In this document: positions 14,471 through 28,345 of the stretch, piece after piece
Position numbering within the stretch: the stretch's first letter is position 1
Layout of the letters: every line of letters starts with the position of its first letter
NCBI RefSeq assembly: GCF_040938485.1
Contig: NW_027271016.1
Coordinates: 2,294,001-2,358,000, forward strand
Direction of reading: 5' to 3'
Source of the DNA: Diadema antillarum
Lineage: Eukaryota
DNA: 64,000 nucleotides
Position numbers and translations under genes: made by a program
The notes under the pieces: model-generated
What the model was told of the DNA's origin: nothing
The model's database searches: none
Seen by the model: the letters and a program-made list of their open reading frames with translations, nothing else

Positions 14471-16045
14471 CTTGAAGATAGAGAGAGCAAAAATGGTTGA
14501 TGAGCATGCAATGTCAAAGCTCCAGGCATATTTGCGTTGCATCACGTGTGTTTTATTTTTCCCTTCTTCAAAAAGAGGTTTTTTTTTCTTACCATTACCG
14601 AGTGCCAAGTTTCTTTAAGTGCAAACTAACGAATTTAATTGTATTCAAAGCGGTGGGGAAAAATCCATAAGGACCTGAATTGTGAAGTAATTAAGTTGCA
14701 ATATCACAATTGCGTGTTTGGATCAATGATATTCAAAGCTGGCCTCGGCTGTGAATCGCCCTGACAGAGCAAACTGCACTATGAATATCATGTGGTAGAT
14801 ATAAAGATTTTGGGATGCATTGGTAACATTCCTTTCATACATTTTTGTTTTCCCTACAGGCATTTGTCTCTTATTCATATTCGTGGTAGATTCGTGCGTC
14901 TTTACATAAAAGATTATAATATTCATTTACTATGAGATACTTCTTTCAATCTCTAAGTTTCTCTCATACTCTCCTTTATGTTTCGTCTAAACATTATTCT
15001 TCTTATTTTACCAGTTTTGTTTTCTTGCTCTATCAGTGTCTTACCTATATCTCTGCATCTCCGTACCTGTATCTATCTATTTCTTTCTCTCTCCTACATT
15101 TCTGTCTCTCTCTTTCTCCTTCTCTCTGCACAATAAAGTTGTTTTCATGCTGTTTGCGTCCATGCTGGTTATTGACTGGTCGACGTGGGTCTCGCTTCCG
15201 ATATTGTCTGGCGGACACTCTCGCCAATATTGCCCTCGGACAAAAAAAAAATGAAACGTGACCCGGGACGGCGGTAATTAGAGCGATTGATCAATGTTGG
15301 CCGAGAAGCGGAATGCTTGGAATACACTCGACAGGCGAACATGTACAAAGATAAAAAAAAGAAATCAGGCAATACGCATGGAGAAAGATTGTGAGATTGA
15401 GGTTTGGTCCATTAGCAGTCCTCAATTGGCTTTGAAGAATGACACGAAAAAGCTTATTCATTGCTCATGATGACACGCTATTATCACCTACTGAAATTGT
15501 CAGATTTTTTTTCTTCTTTCGTCCATCTTTCTTAAAAATTTCTATGTCGATTATCTCAAAAGTGACAAGTATGACTGACATAAAATTATCCGCGATCATT
15601 TCTTATGGCAGCATAATGGTTAGACGCCATTTTGGGTTGTTGTTGGTTTTTTTTTTCCTATCCCCGCTGGAGACAAGTTCTTGATCATGTCTTCGTAACC
15701 AAATACCAATTTTGAATCATTTTTGATAGGCATTAACTTCAGGTGAACAGTCAATCTAATTTTTTGTAAAGTAAGATAAAACAAAACAAAACAAAACAAT
15801 AACAATAGCAAAAAAACTAAACTAAACTAAACAAAAACAGTGCGCATGGCCGTAAGTGTGCGTACGCGCGCGTCAATTTTTCAACTCTTCAGACAATTCT
15901 GAGCATTCGAAAAATTTCCCGCATTGGCGTCCGTCGGCGCAAAACTTCAAGAAAATGACGTGTTTTTTTTCCTGATTTAATTCCTGATACAAACAGTAGA
16001 AATATCCATTGATTTTCGCCCATCCTAGACCAACAACAAAGTAAT

Positions 16046-16109
16046 GTGATTGTGTAAAAGTTGGGAATCTGCGAGCAGTGATTGTGTAAAAGTGAAGAAT
16101 CTGCGAGCG
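16046..16109. repeat. 32-bp tandem direct duplication
   Basis: GTGATTGTGTAAAAGT..GAATCTGCGAGC occurs at 16046 and 16078. Confidence 0.85.
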
Positions 16110-18631
16110 TGCCTAGTGCAATTATAATCCCCCCCCCCAAAAAAAAAGCCAACTTTATTGAGCCTCCCATTTTTGCTTATTCCAAAAGCGTATTCCAAAG
16201 TGCATATTCCATAAGGATACGAGATGTGAAATGCATTCTTAAGCAAGAACATGCCGACTTGGGCAACTCAAGAAAACCATGACACTGATTATTCAAAAAG
16301 AAAAAATACCCAGATAACTCACATGCGCACACACGCAATTTCCCTTTGTTTCAGGTACGGTGTGTCCAAATGTGCCCAAATTTTGTGTGCTTACAGAACT
16401 TGACTTGGTAAACATATCTCAAGTAGCTTCAAGCGTATATGTCATCCCCTTGGGCATGTGAATGAAAGTAAAAACTGACGTAAAAATTGTACTGTTTTGA
16501 TTTGTGATTCCCCAAATTTTATTTGAGGACGACGGTCATTGGCGTATCAATATCGGCCCCTGCGTACTATCTAATTCAGCTCAGTGACGAGTTCAAGACT
16601 ATCTTATCAAAAATTGTTGCAATTCTGTCAGATATCAATGTAAGTATTCGTGGACTACAAATTCTATAGTAATCACGATTCATCTATCTTTGTAAATAGC
16701 AACATATTTTATGTATATACAAATCAACTATTTACTACAGACTACAAAGTTGATAGATTTGCAAATGTATTCTGCAATTTACGAAAATGAAGATAGTAAT
16801 AACGACATTACTGAATGTAGGCAGGGGATACAACTATCAAAATGCATGTGATTGCTCGACAGACTACCCTCGGGAAAGATTTACTAAACATGTTAAAGAC
16901 CATAATCATGTATAGCTGTAGGAGGTGCTACAAGTCATATTTGTACGGTGAGCTGGAATATAAGTATGATTTCATTGTTCACTGCATGTATAATGTTACT
17001 TCGCTATTCGATCAGAATATCACGCTTTAAAAAATGGTTGGCTGTAAGCAATTAAAGACTTGCAAGAATCCTTCAAAGACATTAAATGCAGTGGAGCGGA
17101 AAATCACGAAGCGTCCTAGAAATCTGTACATTCTCGTGCGAAATGAAATGTACCGTATCAATTTTATGCTGTAAATTCTATATATTGAGTTTAATGGGTA
17201 CACAAAAGTTAGCAGTTTTGTCATGAACACCCAACACATTGAAAGTTAAGTCTTCGTAATATACGTACAGGTAGCATTGAGATGAGATAGAAGTGAGATA
17301 AATACGCAAAGATACTTTAATTTGCATCTGAACTTGTCAGACAAAAAGGCCAGTGGCTTTATATTTCTCGTGATTCGATATGGTAATACATCCGTACAGA
17401 AAGAAAGGAAAGAGTGCATTTCCTAAAAGGATAGAAGATGCAAAGGGGAAGAGAGAAAAAGAATGAAAGAAAGACAGAAAGAATGACAGACAGACAAACT
17501 GTCAGAAAGATAAAGACTGACTCTAATCAAATAAATGCGGTAGCGTCTCATGCCCGCGTTCCAAACCACACGGTATCGATATCTCACCGCAAGGACGAAT
17601 ATTTTTCACCTCGAGAGAGGGGAGAATCTTCAGACACTCTTGTCTTCGCCATGCCGCAGTGTTTTCTCCGTCAGCATTTAGAAAAAAAAAGAATGGGCGT
17701 GGTAAGAGGTAGCGAGAGTGACAACAGCAGAGGGATTGGGGGGGGGGAGGAGTTGGAAAGAGAGGTGGAAAGGAAAGGTACGTATCGCTGCTACAAAAAC
17801 CGACATAATTCTTTCATTCCCTCTTCTTTCTCTCTCTTGCCTTCTGTTCTCAAATGTTTCTTACTCTCCCTCTCTTTCCTCAGCGGTTTAACCCTCTTTC
17901 TCTTTATTCTCTATCTCTTTCTCTTTATCTCTATCTGTCTTCTTTTTCTTCTCTTTCTTCTAATGCTGTGGAATTATATTCGATGCCTATACAACTGGGT
18001 GAACTAGAAAGCATTTCCCTGAAACATAACACCATCATCCGCTGGTGCAGAGTTCAGCGTTTGTATTTTGAACTTCTCATCATACCTCTTTTCCTCCATT
18101 TCAAATTCTGATTAGCAGAAGTAATTGGCAGATTTTGGCGAAAATAGATATCGATTTCATATTGCTTACAGGTCATGTATTTGTGTTGCAAGCGAATCTG
18201 CAATTTGCGGTGTACAGACATCTATCAAAAAACAAAACCCTCACAAAAACATAATGGTGACAAACGTGGTTCTTAGAAGTGAATTATTTTAAGGCGATAT
18301 AACTATTGATCTCGAAGTTGTAGCTGACAACAGCTTAAGTGTGTTTTTAATTTGACTCGGTTTTTGTCTCTGTATCGTTCTCCAGGCACGATAACAAGAC
18401 AAAGACAGATAATCGCCAAAACAAACAGATCGAAATGCAGTATGATCAGCGAACAGTCAATTTCTGTGGTATAGAAGATCACTGCCATATAAAGTATGAT
18501 AAAAGAAACAAATTGTGCGCGAAGAAATACGGGAAGCCACCATGGCAGTCACAGCTTTCCTGGACTTGGTTCGAATCAGGGACTGCATGAGCTTGATTGA
18601 CTCAATTATGAACAGCTTCCATACCTTTATG

Positions 18632-19003
18632 ATTATAATAATAGTAATAGTAATAGTAATAATAATAATAATAATAATGACAATAATAACAATAATAATG
18701 ACAATAATAATAATAATAATTATAACAATTATAATAATAATAATAACATATAATAATAATAATAACATATTAACGTAACATATTCTTTATCCAGGGTAGC
18801 CTCTTCAGTGTTGTCACTGCTGTACCAGAGGGCCCTGCCATTATTATTATCCTAGCGTTACCAGGTACCCATTTATACACCTGGGTCGAGAAGGACATGG
18901 TGGGTAAAACATCTTGTCCAAGGATGTAAGCACTGGGCGGGAATCGAACTCGGGTCCTCCGATTGGGAGTCGGGAGTCTTATCCACCATGCCACAGCGCC
19001 CCC
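18632..19003 (-). mobile_element. tRNA-derived SINE with a CORE/Meta-like central block and a long (ATT)n tail
   Basis: On the minus strand: A box TGGCATGGTGG (18983-18993), B box GTTCGATTCC (18940-18949), central CCTTGGACAAG...CCCAGGTGTATAAATGGGTACC, a 3' module at 18791-18835, and a tail at 18632-18773. The family assignment is from recollection. Confidence 0.85.
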
Positions 19004-20568
19004 ACCTTTACAAGATGCATAACTAACTGTATGTGCTACTGTTACAAGAGGGACAAGAAAAAGAACAAAGTTACACGCAAATAGGTTGGTTACTTAAAAA
19101 AAAAAGAAGCTAATCCGGTTCTATAGCATCAATTAGTCCTCACACTTTCTCCGCCTAAATACTTTCTCTATTTCATACACTCGTCTTTACCAGTATCACT
19201 AAATGCATTTACAATCTTTATTTACAATAAGGGCTCTCCTTTTTTCCACTTGAACAAAGTATCAAACATTACTAACAGTGACCTCCCGTGCAACGTCCCA
19301 TGTTTAGCTTACTGAAATATGCATAGACGATTATGGTAAGTTTCTGCTTTCCCTATATTTCTTCCCTATCAATTTCCGTTTTTTTTCTGCTTTGAAAATT
19401 AATCTACGCATCGTGTATTTATGTTTTATTTGTCACAGAAATCATGTAGCTGTTTCATATACTGTTATACTTTATTAGATGACGAAAATGTCGCTTTTGT
19501 TCTCTTAATGTGATTAAGTTTAGAGTGAAAGCAGACAAAGTACCCTAAAAAAAAAGAAATTCCAAAGCATGTAGAATGCATTATTACCACCTCTAGATGA
19601 GACGGTTTTATATCATGGACAGATCAGCAATACTTTGGTTCACTGTACTGTCGCGTTCATCGAACTTCGCCGGCCTGAATGAAATGTCGTATATAGCGTC
19701 ACCCTTTAAATAATACATTTTATGTCCAAAACCACTTTCAAATCAAAATACGATTACATAGTACGTAACTTACACCAAATGAAAAAGAGCTTGTATGAAT
19801 TTATCCCCTCTCCCCTCTCTATCTCTCTCTGTCAAAAAAAAAAACATCAACAAAGGATCAGCTATAGATTTGCATGGAAAATATCCGAGAAATTTCATGC
19901 GCCTATGTGTGCTGGAAAGATTTTTGTTTGGAGAAAAAAAAATGGGTACACGAGTCGCACGGGGACATTGTTCTGCTGTGATAACTATACAGTAGTCACG
20001 TGACGGGAAATTCATGACTTACTGAAGATTTTCCATGGACAATCAGACAAGACAACCAAGCCGCTTCCTATCTACGTTTAACCTGTTGCCTCCAGCAGCC
20101 ACTGCTTCTAATCCCGTGGCATAGAAATTCAGCGGCGTCCTTCGGCAAATTTGCAAGCGACGAGGAGGCCGATGAACCTATAAATACCAGAGCTAAATTG
20201 TAGCGGGAATAGCGAAGAAATTACGGCATTATACATCGATCTTTGCCTCCCATCAAAGAAGGCGACGGGCTGTAGTCATTAACAGCGATTTACAAATGAG
20301 GTTTCTGGATAACAGCGGTCAAAGATTCTACTATCTTTCATCTTTCATCTTTTTTTTCTTTTTTTTTTGACCTGCTTCTCTGATGTGAGACGTTCACTTT
20401 CAATGCGCATGCCAGAGGATATGAACGCGGCAGGGGGGTTCTCGTAGCAGGTGCGTGCTGCATCTCGCCACAAGTTGCCCGTGATTGAGCAGGTCGGCGC
20501 ATATGAGGCCTGGGTGAATCCGTGGTCGTTAGAGGTCCCCCCCCCCCCCCAAAAAAAAAAAAATAAAA

Positions 20569-20599
<31 letters not shown>

Positions 20600-20739
20600 A
20601 AAAAAAAGATAATAATAAAAAGCAGAAAGAAATAAAATACGTCATAACAAAAAAGCCTACACAACATCAAAGAAGCAACAGAGCAAAAAGAGGAGCTAAA
20701 AGGATGATTCCAGACCAGTCTGAAAAGTAAGAGTACCGT

Positions 20740-21272
20740 TTAAAGCGCAACAGTGGAAATTTGATCAAATTCTGATTACGATTAGGGGAGTTACGACATT
20801 ATGAAGTTTTGCTAATTTATGCAGAATAGTTATCGAACAAGTTGTATGAATATGCAAATGAGTGAATTGATGACGTCATCACCTCACAATTTTTCCACTG
20901 TTCGTGTACAAAAATCTGACGAGAATTTTTCTCAGGTAAAGGTGTAAAATATGATGTTATTTCTGACTGAATAAGTTCGAAATGAAATCATTAAATGCAA
21001 CAAAATGAAAAACATTCAAAATCATAATCAGTCAGGTGTATTAGAATTTTAGACTAAGGCACAATTGAGTTTGAACAAAACGAACTAAGTAGCAAATTGT
21101 AAGGCGATGACATCAAATCATAATTTGCATATCTCATATTGACTCTCGGTTATGTGACAAATAGTGACAATGCATGTTGTCACAACTTTCCAATTAATGT
21201 TTATCCGATTTTATCAAATTTTCACTCTTTTGTTTGTAGAATTTTACTCTTTCTTATGGAATTTCCCTTTAA
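20740..21272. mobile_element. Degenerate TTAA-flanked palindromic MITE (Kolobok-type)
   Basis: TTAA at 20740 and 21269. The inverted internal blocks are ATATGCAAATGAG..GATGACGTCATCACCTCACAATTT (~20850-20892) and AAATTGTAAGGCGATGACATC..TTTGCATAT (~21094-21132). The termini are eroded. Confidence 0.6.
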
Positions 21273-23416
21273 ACAAAAAATGCATCCATGTATGCACACC
21301 ACCCAGCATGTAGACACTGACTGTACATTCTGCTCTGTGTGATATCTACCGTGCAACCGACATTGACTGACAGGATGTAATCGCCATAATTCAAACGGAA
21401 GGGTCTACCGCTTCTAAATCGGTCATCCATTGTCCTGTTCCCCTGCCCCCCCCCCCCTTCTCTTCCTCCCCATCGTCGTTTCCGCGTCTTTACTTGGATT
21501 TCACGCGCCATAAGCACTGACCCGATTTATACCCAAGGGGGAGAGAATGGAGGCTGAAATCAGCCATGGGGTCCTCATAAGGACCCAATCACGTGATTCA
21601 TGTAAATAAAGGGGGGGTGGGGAGGTAGGTTCGAGGAGATCGACGACGGCGTTCAAGTTGAGTTCTAGTATGTTACTCCCTTTTTCTGGGGGGGGGGGGT
21701 TGTCTATAGATAAGTTAAAGCTTTGAAAACGTAGGGCCCTACACAGTATGAAAGTTCACCTCAAAAAGGAATATGTTTGTGACATAATTTGACAGATGTT
21801 TTGAAAGGTCTTTCATAATGAGGCAATCATCTTCTTCTTCTTCTTTTTTCATTCTTTTCTAGCCGGCAAACGTTAGGGCCCTTCTTTTGGGCAAACGACG
21901 ATTATAAGATGTTGTCCAATAGCAAATCAGTCATAAACTAACTTCTGCAATGTTTGTGTCATTCAAATCAAAGGCAAAAACAAAATAACACGAGTAAGAT
22001 CATTTCGATCTGCACTCTTTCTTTCTCATCACATCCGAGTTGACTCAGATTTGAGTTTGAATATAGGTAGGGGTGGAGCTATGAAGATTCACTTCGCTAT
22101 AGTTACCTGTACGTCGCTGTACCTTAGTCATGTTAAGATTTAAATCATATATTATTTATATATATTGTTTGGCTTTAATAGACCATGTTGGAGTATGCCT
22201 GCTTCCCCCCCCCCAACGACATTCGATGTAAGCTTATTGGTTTGTTTGTTTGTTTGGGTTTGTTTGTTTGTTGTTGTTTTTTTTGTGCTTTTCTCCAGTG
22301 TCATTCCATTCCTTATACAGAAAACAAAAGAGAAAAAACAAACAATATAACACATCCTCTATGACATATCACAACAATAAATAACAAATTACAAAATAAA
22401 ATGCAATACTAGACCCTAGGCTTTGAACTGATCCACTTTCTTATTGCATGTGATAAAGAAACACAAATAATTTCATGAGTTTTACAATATTCGAAGTCTG
22501 ATCGTGACGTATAAAGAGATTTGTTAAGTTCGACATTAAATAAGAAGACACGGTGCACATCAGAAAAAAGGAGCAGTATTCTGTCTGTTTTGTCCTATTA
22601 ATTTCAATACGGCTGAAAAAAAAACAACACTATCAGCCTCATCGGTGTTTTCCAGTGAGTCTGTATATCAGTTTACAGCAAATAAACCAACACTATAGGG
22701 CCTACCTATGACACAGTACTAAAAATAAGATCAAAAGAGGAAAGAACGTATTGACACAAAAAAACAAACAAACAAAGGCTGATTAAAGTACAAGAAAAAT
22801 TTGTATTGACCGAAATGATAGAAGATAAAAGGAGGAACAGAATTACTTGCAATATCATGGATTATGTTGAAATCACGTTAGTGCACATTAAAAAACGGAA
22901 AAAATCTAAATATATTTGAATGAAGAATTAACATTGATTATGCAACCTCAAGTTACCGGATTAAAACGGACTTTGGAAGATAATGCATTCTATGTTTGAT
23001 GAAAATCAATTTGGCCAGGTTTCGCATCTAAAATTGATTGGAAGGCTGTTTAGATTTTGGATGCTGCGTTCAATGTGCTGTTGAAATGTGTGTTTGGCTT
23101 TGAGAGGGAAACTTTGGATTCGTCATTTCTCATGGATTTACTCAAGGTTTCCATATGCGAACGCTGGATCTGACGTCTAAAAGAGTGAGATTTGCCTTAC
23201 TGCGCATTTCTCTGCGCAGCCTCGCCCCTACCTATCCCTGCTCGTTTTTCTTTACAATCATTATCTCCCTATATCTATCTATCTGTCTATCCCTCTTTCT
23301 CTTTCTCTTTCTTTTCCAGTCACTCCATTTAGCTTTCTCTCTCTCTCCCATGTCGCTCTGGTCATTCCACCTAATCTTGTTGGTTTGTTTTAGTATTTTC
23401 TGTACTTCTTTGACGT

Positions 23417-23545
23417 NNNNNNNNNNNNNNNNNNNNNNNNNNNNNNNNNNNNNNNNNNNNNNNNNNNNNNNNNNNNNNNNNNNNNNNNNNNNNNNNNNNN
23501 NNNNNNNNNNNNNNNNNNNNNNNNNNNNNNNNNNNNNNNNNNNNN
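23417..23545. other. Assembly gap (N run)
   Basis: N run. Confidence 0.99.
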
Positions 23546-23967
23546 TTTATTCTCCGTCTTTTATTCAGTCCCCTCTTCAACTTCTTTTTCTTTTTCCCTC
23601 ATCCCCCATCAACAGGTTGGAGTCGACTGTCAAAGCGCAGATACCGTAGAGCCAGTAGACGTGACAGGACTAATGGGCTAACCATCACATATTGTGTGGG
23701 CGGCGGATATTAGGGGGCTGACAAGCAGAAACATTATAGTGTCCAGTTTTTTAGGGGGCCAGAAGGGAGACAAAGAACACAACTTTGAGGCACCGAAGGA
23801 AGTGAAGGAGCATTAGGGCTTTTGCGTCTGTTTGAGCGTGTGTTGATCAACAGCCTATACAACACATTCAGCATCCAGAAAGACTTCAAAGAGAGGAACC
23901 AGAAAACCGATAGGATGATGAACAGGTTTACAGACAGACGGATGGATCAGTAGATACTTTAGGCACA

Positions 23968-24107
23968 NNNNNNNNNNNNNNNNNNNNNNNNNNNNNNNNN
24001 NNNNNNNNNNNNNNNNNNNNNNNNNNNNNNNNNNNNNNNNNNNNNNNNNNNNNNNNNNNNNNNNNNNNNNNNNNNNNNNNNNNNNNNNNNNNNNNNNNNN
24101 NNNNNNN
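23968..24107. other. Assembly gap (N run)
   Basis: N run, flanked on the right by (AAAT)/(GATA) repeats. Confidence 0.99.
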
Positions 24108-24452
24108 AATTAATCAATAAATGAATGAAAAAATAAATAGATAAATGAATAAATAGATAGATAGATAAATAAATAAATAAATAAATAAACAAATAAACAC
24201 TCAGGTGGGTAGCATTGAGACGCCAACGTATTGTTCAATAGCACTTATCCGTTTGAATGCTTGTGCAGTCCGTCGGGATTAGATTTAAAAAAAAAATGTA
24301 ATTCGCTGGCTAAGTATTCAATCTTGCTTGTAAAAGTAAAAGTCTTGTTGATGAGCCACAACGCTACGGATCATCGCTTCTAGATGAAACATCGGATTTT
24401 TTGAGAGACCTAACCATAGCAATCTGCAAAATAATGGTGGGTAAAACAACCC

Positions 24453-24590
24453 TTAAAGGACAGGTCCACCTTCATATACATGTGGATTGAGTGAAGGCAA
24501 CAATATTAGTAGAACACATCAGTGCAAGTTTGGGGAAAATCGGACAATCCGTTCAAAAGTTATGAATTTTTAAAGTATCTGCGCAGTCAT
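24453..24590 (+). mobile_element. Truncated left arm of the Kolobok-type MITE family seen at 32751
   Basis: TTAA|AGGACAGGTCCACCTTCATATACATGTGGATTGA...GAAAATCGGACAATCCGTTC...GTTATGAATTTTT closely matches 32751-32870. Confidence 0.85.
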
Positions 24591-27500
24591 TCTTTAAGGT
24601 AAAAATGCTTTATCGCTTTTAAAAAGATTACCTCACTCTTTTCTTACTCTCTGTCTGTCTGTGTGTCTTTGTGTCTGTCTGTCTGTCTCTGTCTCTGTCC
24701 CTCTCCCTTCATGACGATTTGCCATGGCAACAGGTATCACCGTGTAATTCACCGCCCGGAGTTTACGCACACCTGCGTCGCTGTGTCGACGAGCGTCCGT
24801 CAGGCGTTAAACAGACAATTTCAAGCATTACCAATTGTTATGGAACCTCAAGCTATCTCTATCCATGTATCTATCTATTTTTTTTCCAATCTGCACCTTC
24901 ACGAGGGGCATGCGTTATGACCTTCACAGAATTGCAGACTTTGGCGCTAAAAGCGTGGTACAAGTGTCAAATAAGAGGGAGAGAGAGAGATCCAGGTGCG
25001 TGAGGAGAGGATGAGGATGCGGCGCCATGGAAACGGCCTATGAGGAAGACGCGGCAACTTGCTGATTGATGCCCGACGCCTTCTCTTGCAAGAATGGTTC
25101 TATTTGAAGTAATCTCAACTGTTACTCTGCGGTTGGTTTCTTCCGTCAGATCTAGCTTTCTCCAATCTTTAGTGCGTTGGCCAAAGTCTTTTTCAACCGC
25201 CCCTTCTCTTCTTCCTTCTGTCCCTCCTTCCCATCATCTTCCTCTCTCTCTCTCTCTCTCTCTATCTATCTTCTCCTCCTCCTTTTCTTCTCTTCCTTCT
25301 TCTCCTTGACCCACAATCTCTCTCTCTCTCTCTCCACTCGTTCCTGCCGCATTTTTGGCTGTGTTGTTGTGTTACAAGACTTCTATTTTCTCATTGAGAT
25401 GTAGAAGAAAGATACCTAAAGGTGTTGATGTTCGGAAACAAAACAAACAAACGAACAAAAAAAAAAAAACTTCTTGGCAATTGTTATCCTTGGAAATGAT
25501 CACCCTCTATCAACACATGGGTGCACAGTGGACTTCTGTTGGTTCCGAGCCAGGGATATCCGTTGCCTGATGCAGGCAGATTCTAAACCACCGAGCAAAA
25601 TACTGTTGCTGTTTTTTCCTACCATCTCACCTGTCTCCGTGTGGTTGAAGAAAAAAACAAAGAAAACAAAAGAAAACAAAAACATAACAAAACAAAATCA
25701 CCAGTGGGTTGCCATTTTTTTTTTCTCTCTCTCCGTCTCTTTTTTTTTTTCCGGGAAGGAGGTGAAAGAGGCGTTCGCGTTATCCCGCATCCTCAAAAAC
25801 ACCAAATTCCCCTATGAGGATTAGAATAGGCTGCATGGCCCCGCGTCAGCTGGTATCAAAACCATCTCATCAACCCCCACTCCCTTCTTTCCCATGACCT
25901 GTCTATTCCTATATTCAATCATCCGCCGTCGTTAATATTATCTCCCTGCCCCTTAGCTCCCATCGAAATCATTGTATGGAGCTGCGCATATTCCTTGATT
26001 ACCCCATGCCTGCGTAATGAGCCCGTGAAGCACTCGTTTGTTTCACCCGGCTGACCCCGGGGGACATCGATTCCGAGGCCGTGATCGATATCACCGGCGG
26101 GAAAGTACTCGTGTCCAACACCGGACGGTGCTCCAATCGGATGTGGAAAAAAGAAAAATCGACTGGGACTCTAGCGTCAACATCGTGGGCGGGGAAGCAG
26201 ATGTAGCCTGCCGAGTAATACGGGGGAGGTGTATACTAGCAGGCCTAATCAGTGCAGGAAGTCACTAGCTGCATGTGAACTAGTGTGTTTGAGGTCAAGT
26301 GGCACTTGTGTTCATATCTCTGCATGATAATCCATTTTAAAGGAACAATGCTGACATAATTCGCGACGGGGGAAGTGACGTTGATAATCACTGCTTTACG
26401 CATATCTGTAGTCACCTCTCCTTCGTTTTGGTCAAATTGCCTCATAGCAACGAACAACTGCCCTGTGAATGAAATGTAGCCACTTTTATTGGGTATGAGC
26501 CAATTCGCAGTTCCACTTTGCACATGAACAGAAAAAAAAGGTCATTTGTACAATCAGGTATACGTTGGTTTTTTTGTTGTTGTTGTTGTTGTTGTTGTTG
26601 ACTTATTGAAAAAGGCACCCGTGATGTAATAATTATTCAAATATTGCATATGAACAGTGCTTGCTATCACATCACTTGACAGCAAGCTTGATATTTGACA
26701 ATATCTATAGAAAAGGTTCTTAAAGTATTCAATACAAAACAATGAGGAGAATACCTGCCAAAGTGTCAATTGACGGACCATTCTAGTCACCTGGTCTATA
26801 CGCAAGTTCATCCTTTGTTCGGCGGCTGTTTGGATATGAATTCCATAAAAAAGTTACGTCAGGCAGCTTATCGATGCATTATGTCGCTTTGAAAACGAAT
26901 GAAGTGCCTATCCAACTAGAGAAAAAAAAAGAAGAAAGGCCTTTACGTGCACATGAGCTATTGTGAACTGGCTTATTCGCAAACTTCAATATGCTATAAA
27001 ATTGCCAATACCTACTGTTGCAGTACTGCTAATTAGTATGTCACTACATATACTTGTGTTTAGTGTCGTTGTTTAAAAAAAAAAACTGCGGAAGTGAATA
27101 AAATTCGAACGAATGCTCATCAACATAAAAACAAGCACGTCCTTTATGAATAAGATCTTATTTTCTAAGTTATGGGATGGCAGATAAATTATAGAAATTA
27201 GCCTCCTCGATCTATAACCTGTATCGGCTTCCATTTGCAGATTGGGTTTATTGACTATAGCCTGTCATGGACGAATTGGACGGCTCGGCGTGGTGAGTAG
27301 TACTTGAAATAGGCTGAAAAGCAAGCTCTCAAAATGTGCCACAGTCGACCTTAAACGATGCCCGAGAGATATTTTCTTCCATCTTCACACTGCTCACACC
27401 CACTGGCAGGAGCCTTTTTGTTTACACTGCCACCGCCTCCTCACTCTCAGGCCCGCAAGACCATCCAAGGAGCTTCCGAGTCTTGCACGATGCAGCTATT

Positions 27501-28265
27501 TTCTCCTTCCTCTTCTTTTTTCTCGTTCTTTGCTATAATTCAATTGTTTTTTCTCTCTCTCCCTTTGGTTGACGCGTATTGAACCACAGTGAATGTAGCA
27601 AATAGCGATTTCTTCTTTTCCATTTTTCGTCTCGAATAGAATATCTGTGACAGGATTTTGTAACACATCTCTTCGTAACAGAAAGATGACATCAAATTAC
27701 AAGATATCTGTTTCGATTCGCAGAAGAGATCGAGCAGAACATGAAATTTAAACTTGGCATTTCTTTCAATGCTAAAACGCCAGTATGATCACCAAGCAGG
27801 AAATATCGCATTTCTTCCGGAATCCCAGCTAAAAGTAGATTATGATGATACCAACTATGGTAAAGAAAACTCCGAGTGTACCCATACAAGAGGATTAAGG
27901 AAGTGTGCAACATATACATACAAACATAATATGTAACATTATATCTGCATATTATATTGATGTGCTTACAATGCACCTTCCTGGTAGAATAGTATCCAAT
28001 GTACAACACATCATGTCTGAACTGAGAATAATGGAGGAACACTGCCGTCATTCTTTTATGCCAAGTCAACAGTAATGGTAACACTCTGGGATAGCCAGAC
28101 ATGATAATTATGAAACATAATGACATATAAGACTTTATTGGTATCAAGTTAAGTATGCTATACGTAGTCAAACAAACTAGGGTTGATTTCCTTTACCGCG
28201 AGAACACATCACATCATTTTTTTCACCCAGTGAACAATTATTGTGTAAATGTATCCTTACAAAAC

Positions 28266-28267
28266 AT

Positions 28268-28301
<34 letters not shown>

Positions 28302-28345
28302 CACAAACAAACAAACAAACACACACACACACATACACACACACA
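28266..28345. repeat. Interrupted (CA)n/(CAAA)n microsatellite
   Basis: Direct reading of the sequence. Confidence 0.9.

Noticed and set aside
17438-18007. Longest ORF in the track (189 aa)
   Set aside because: It is a read-through of purine-rich then pyrimidine-rich low-complexity sequence, with no domain or splice support.
18930-19003. Functional tRNA gene (also 44828 and 52750)
   Set aside because: A and B boxes are present but there is no complete cloverleaf or Pol III terminator. The first two continue into SINE bodies and the third is eroded.
23054-23146. Possible 93-nt exon ILDAAFNVLLKCVFGFERETLDSSFLMDLLK, faintly P450-like
   Set aside because: The polypyrimidine tract is poor, the donor (AAG|gtttcc) is weak, and no other P450 exons are seen.
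26038-26523. GC-rich overlapping ORFs (e.g. GDIDSEAVIDITGGKVLVSNTG)
   Set aside because: They are short, have no convincing splice signals and match no recognised family. They are more likely non-coding GC-rich sequence.
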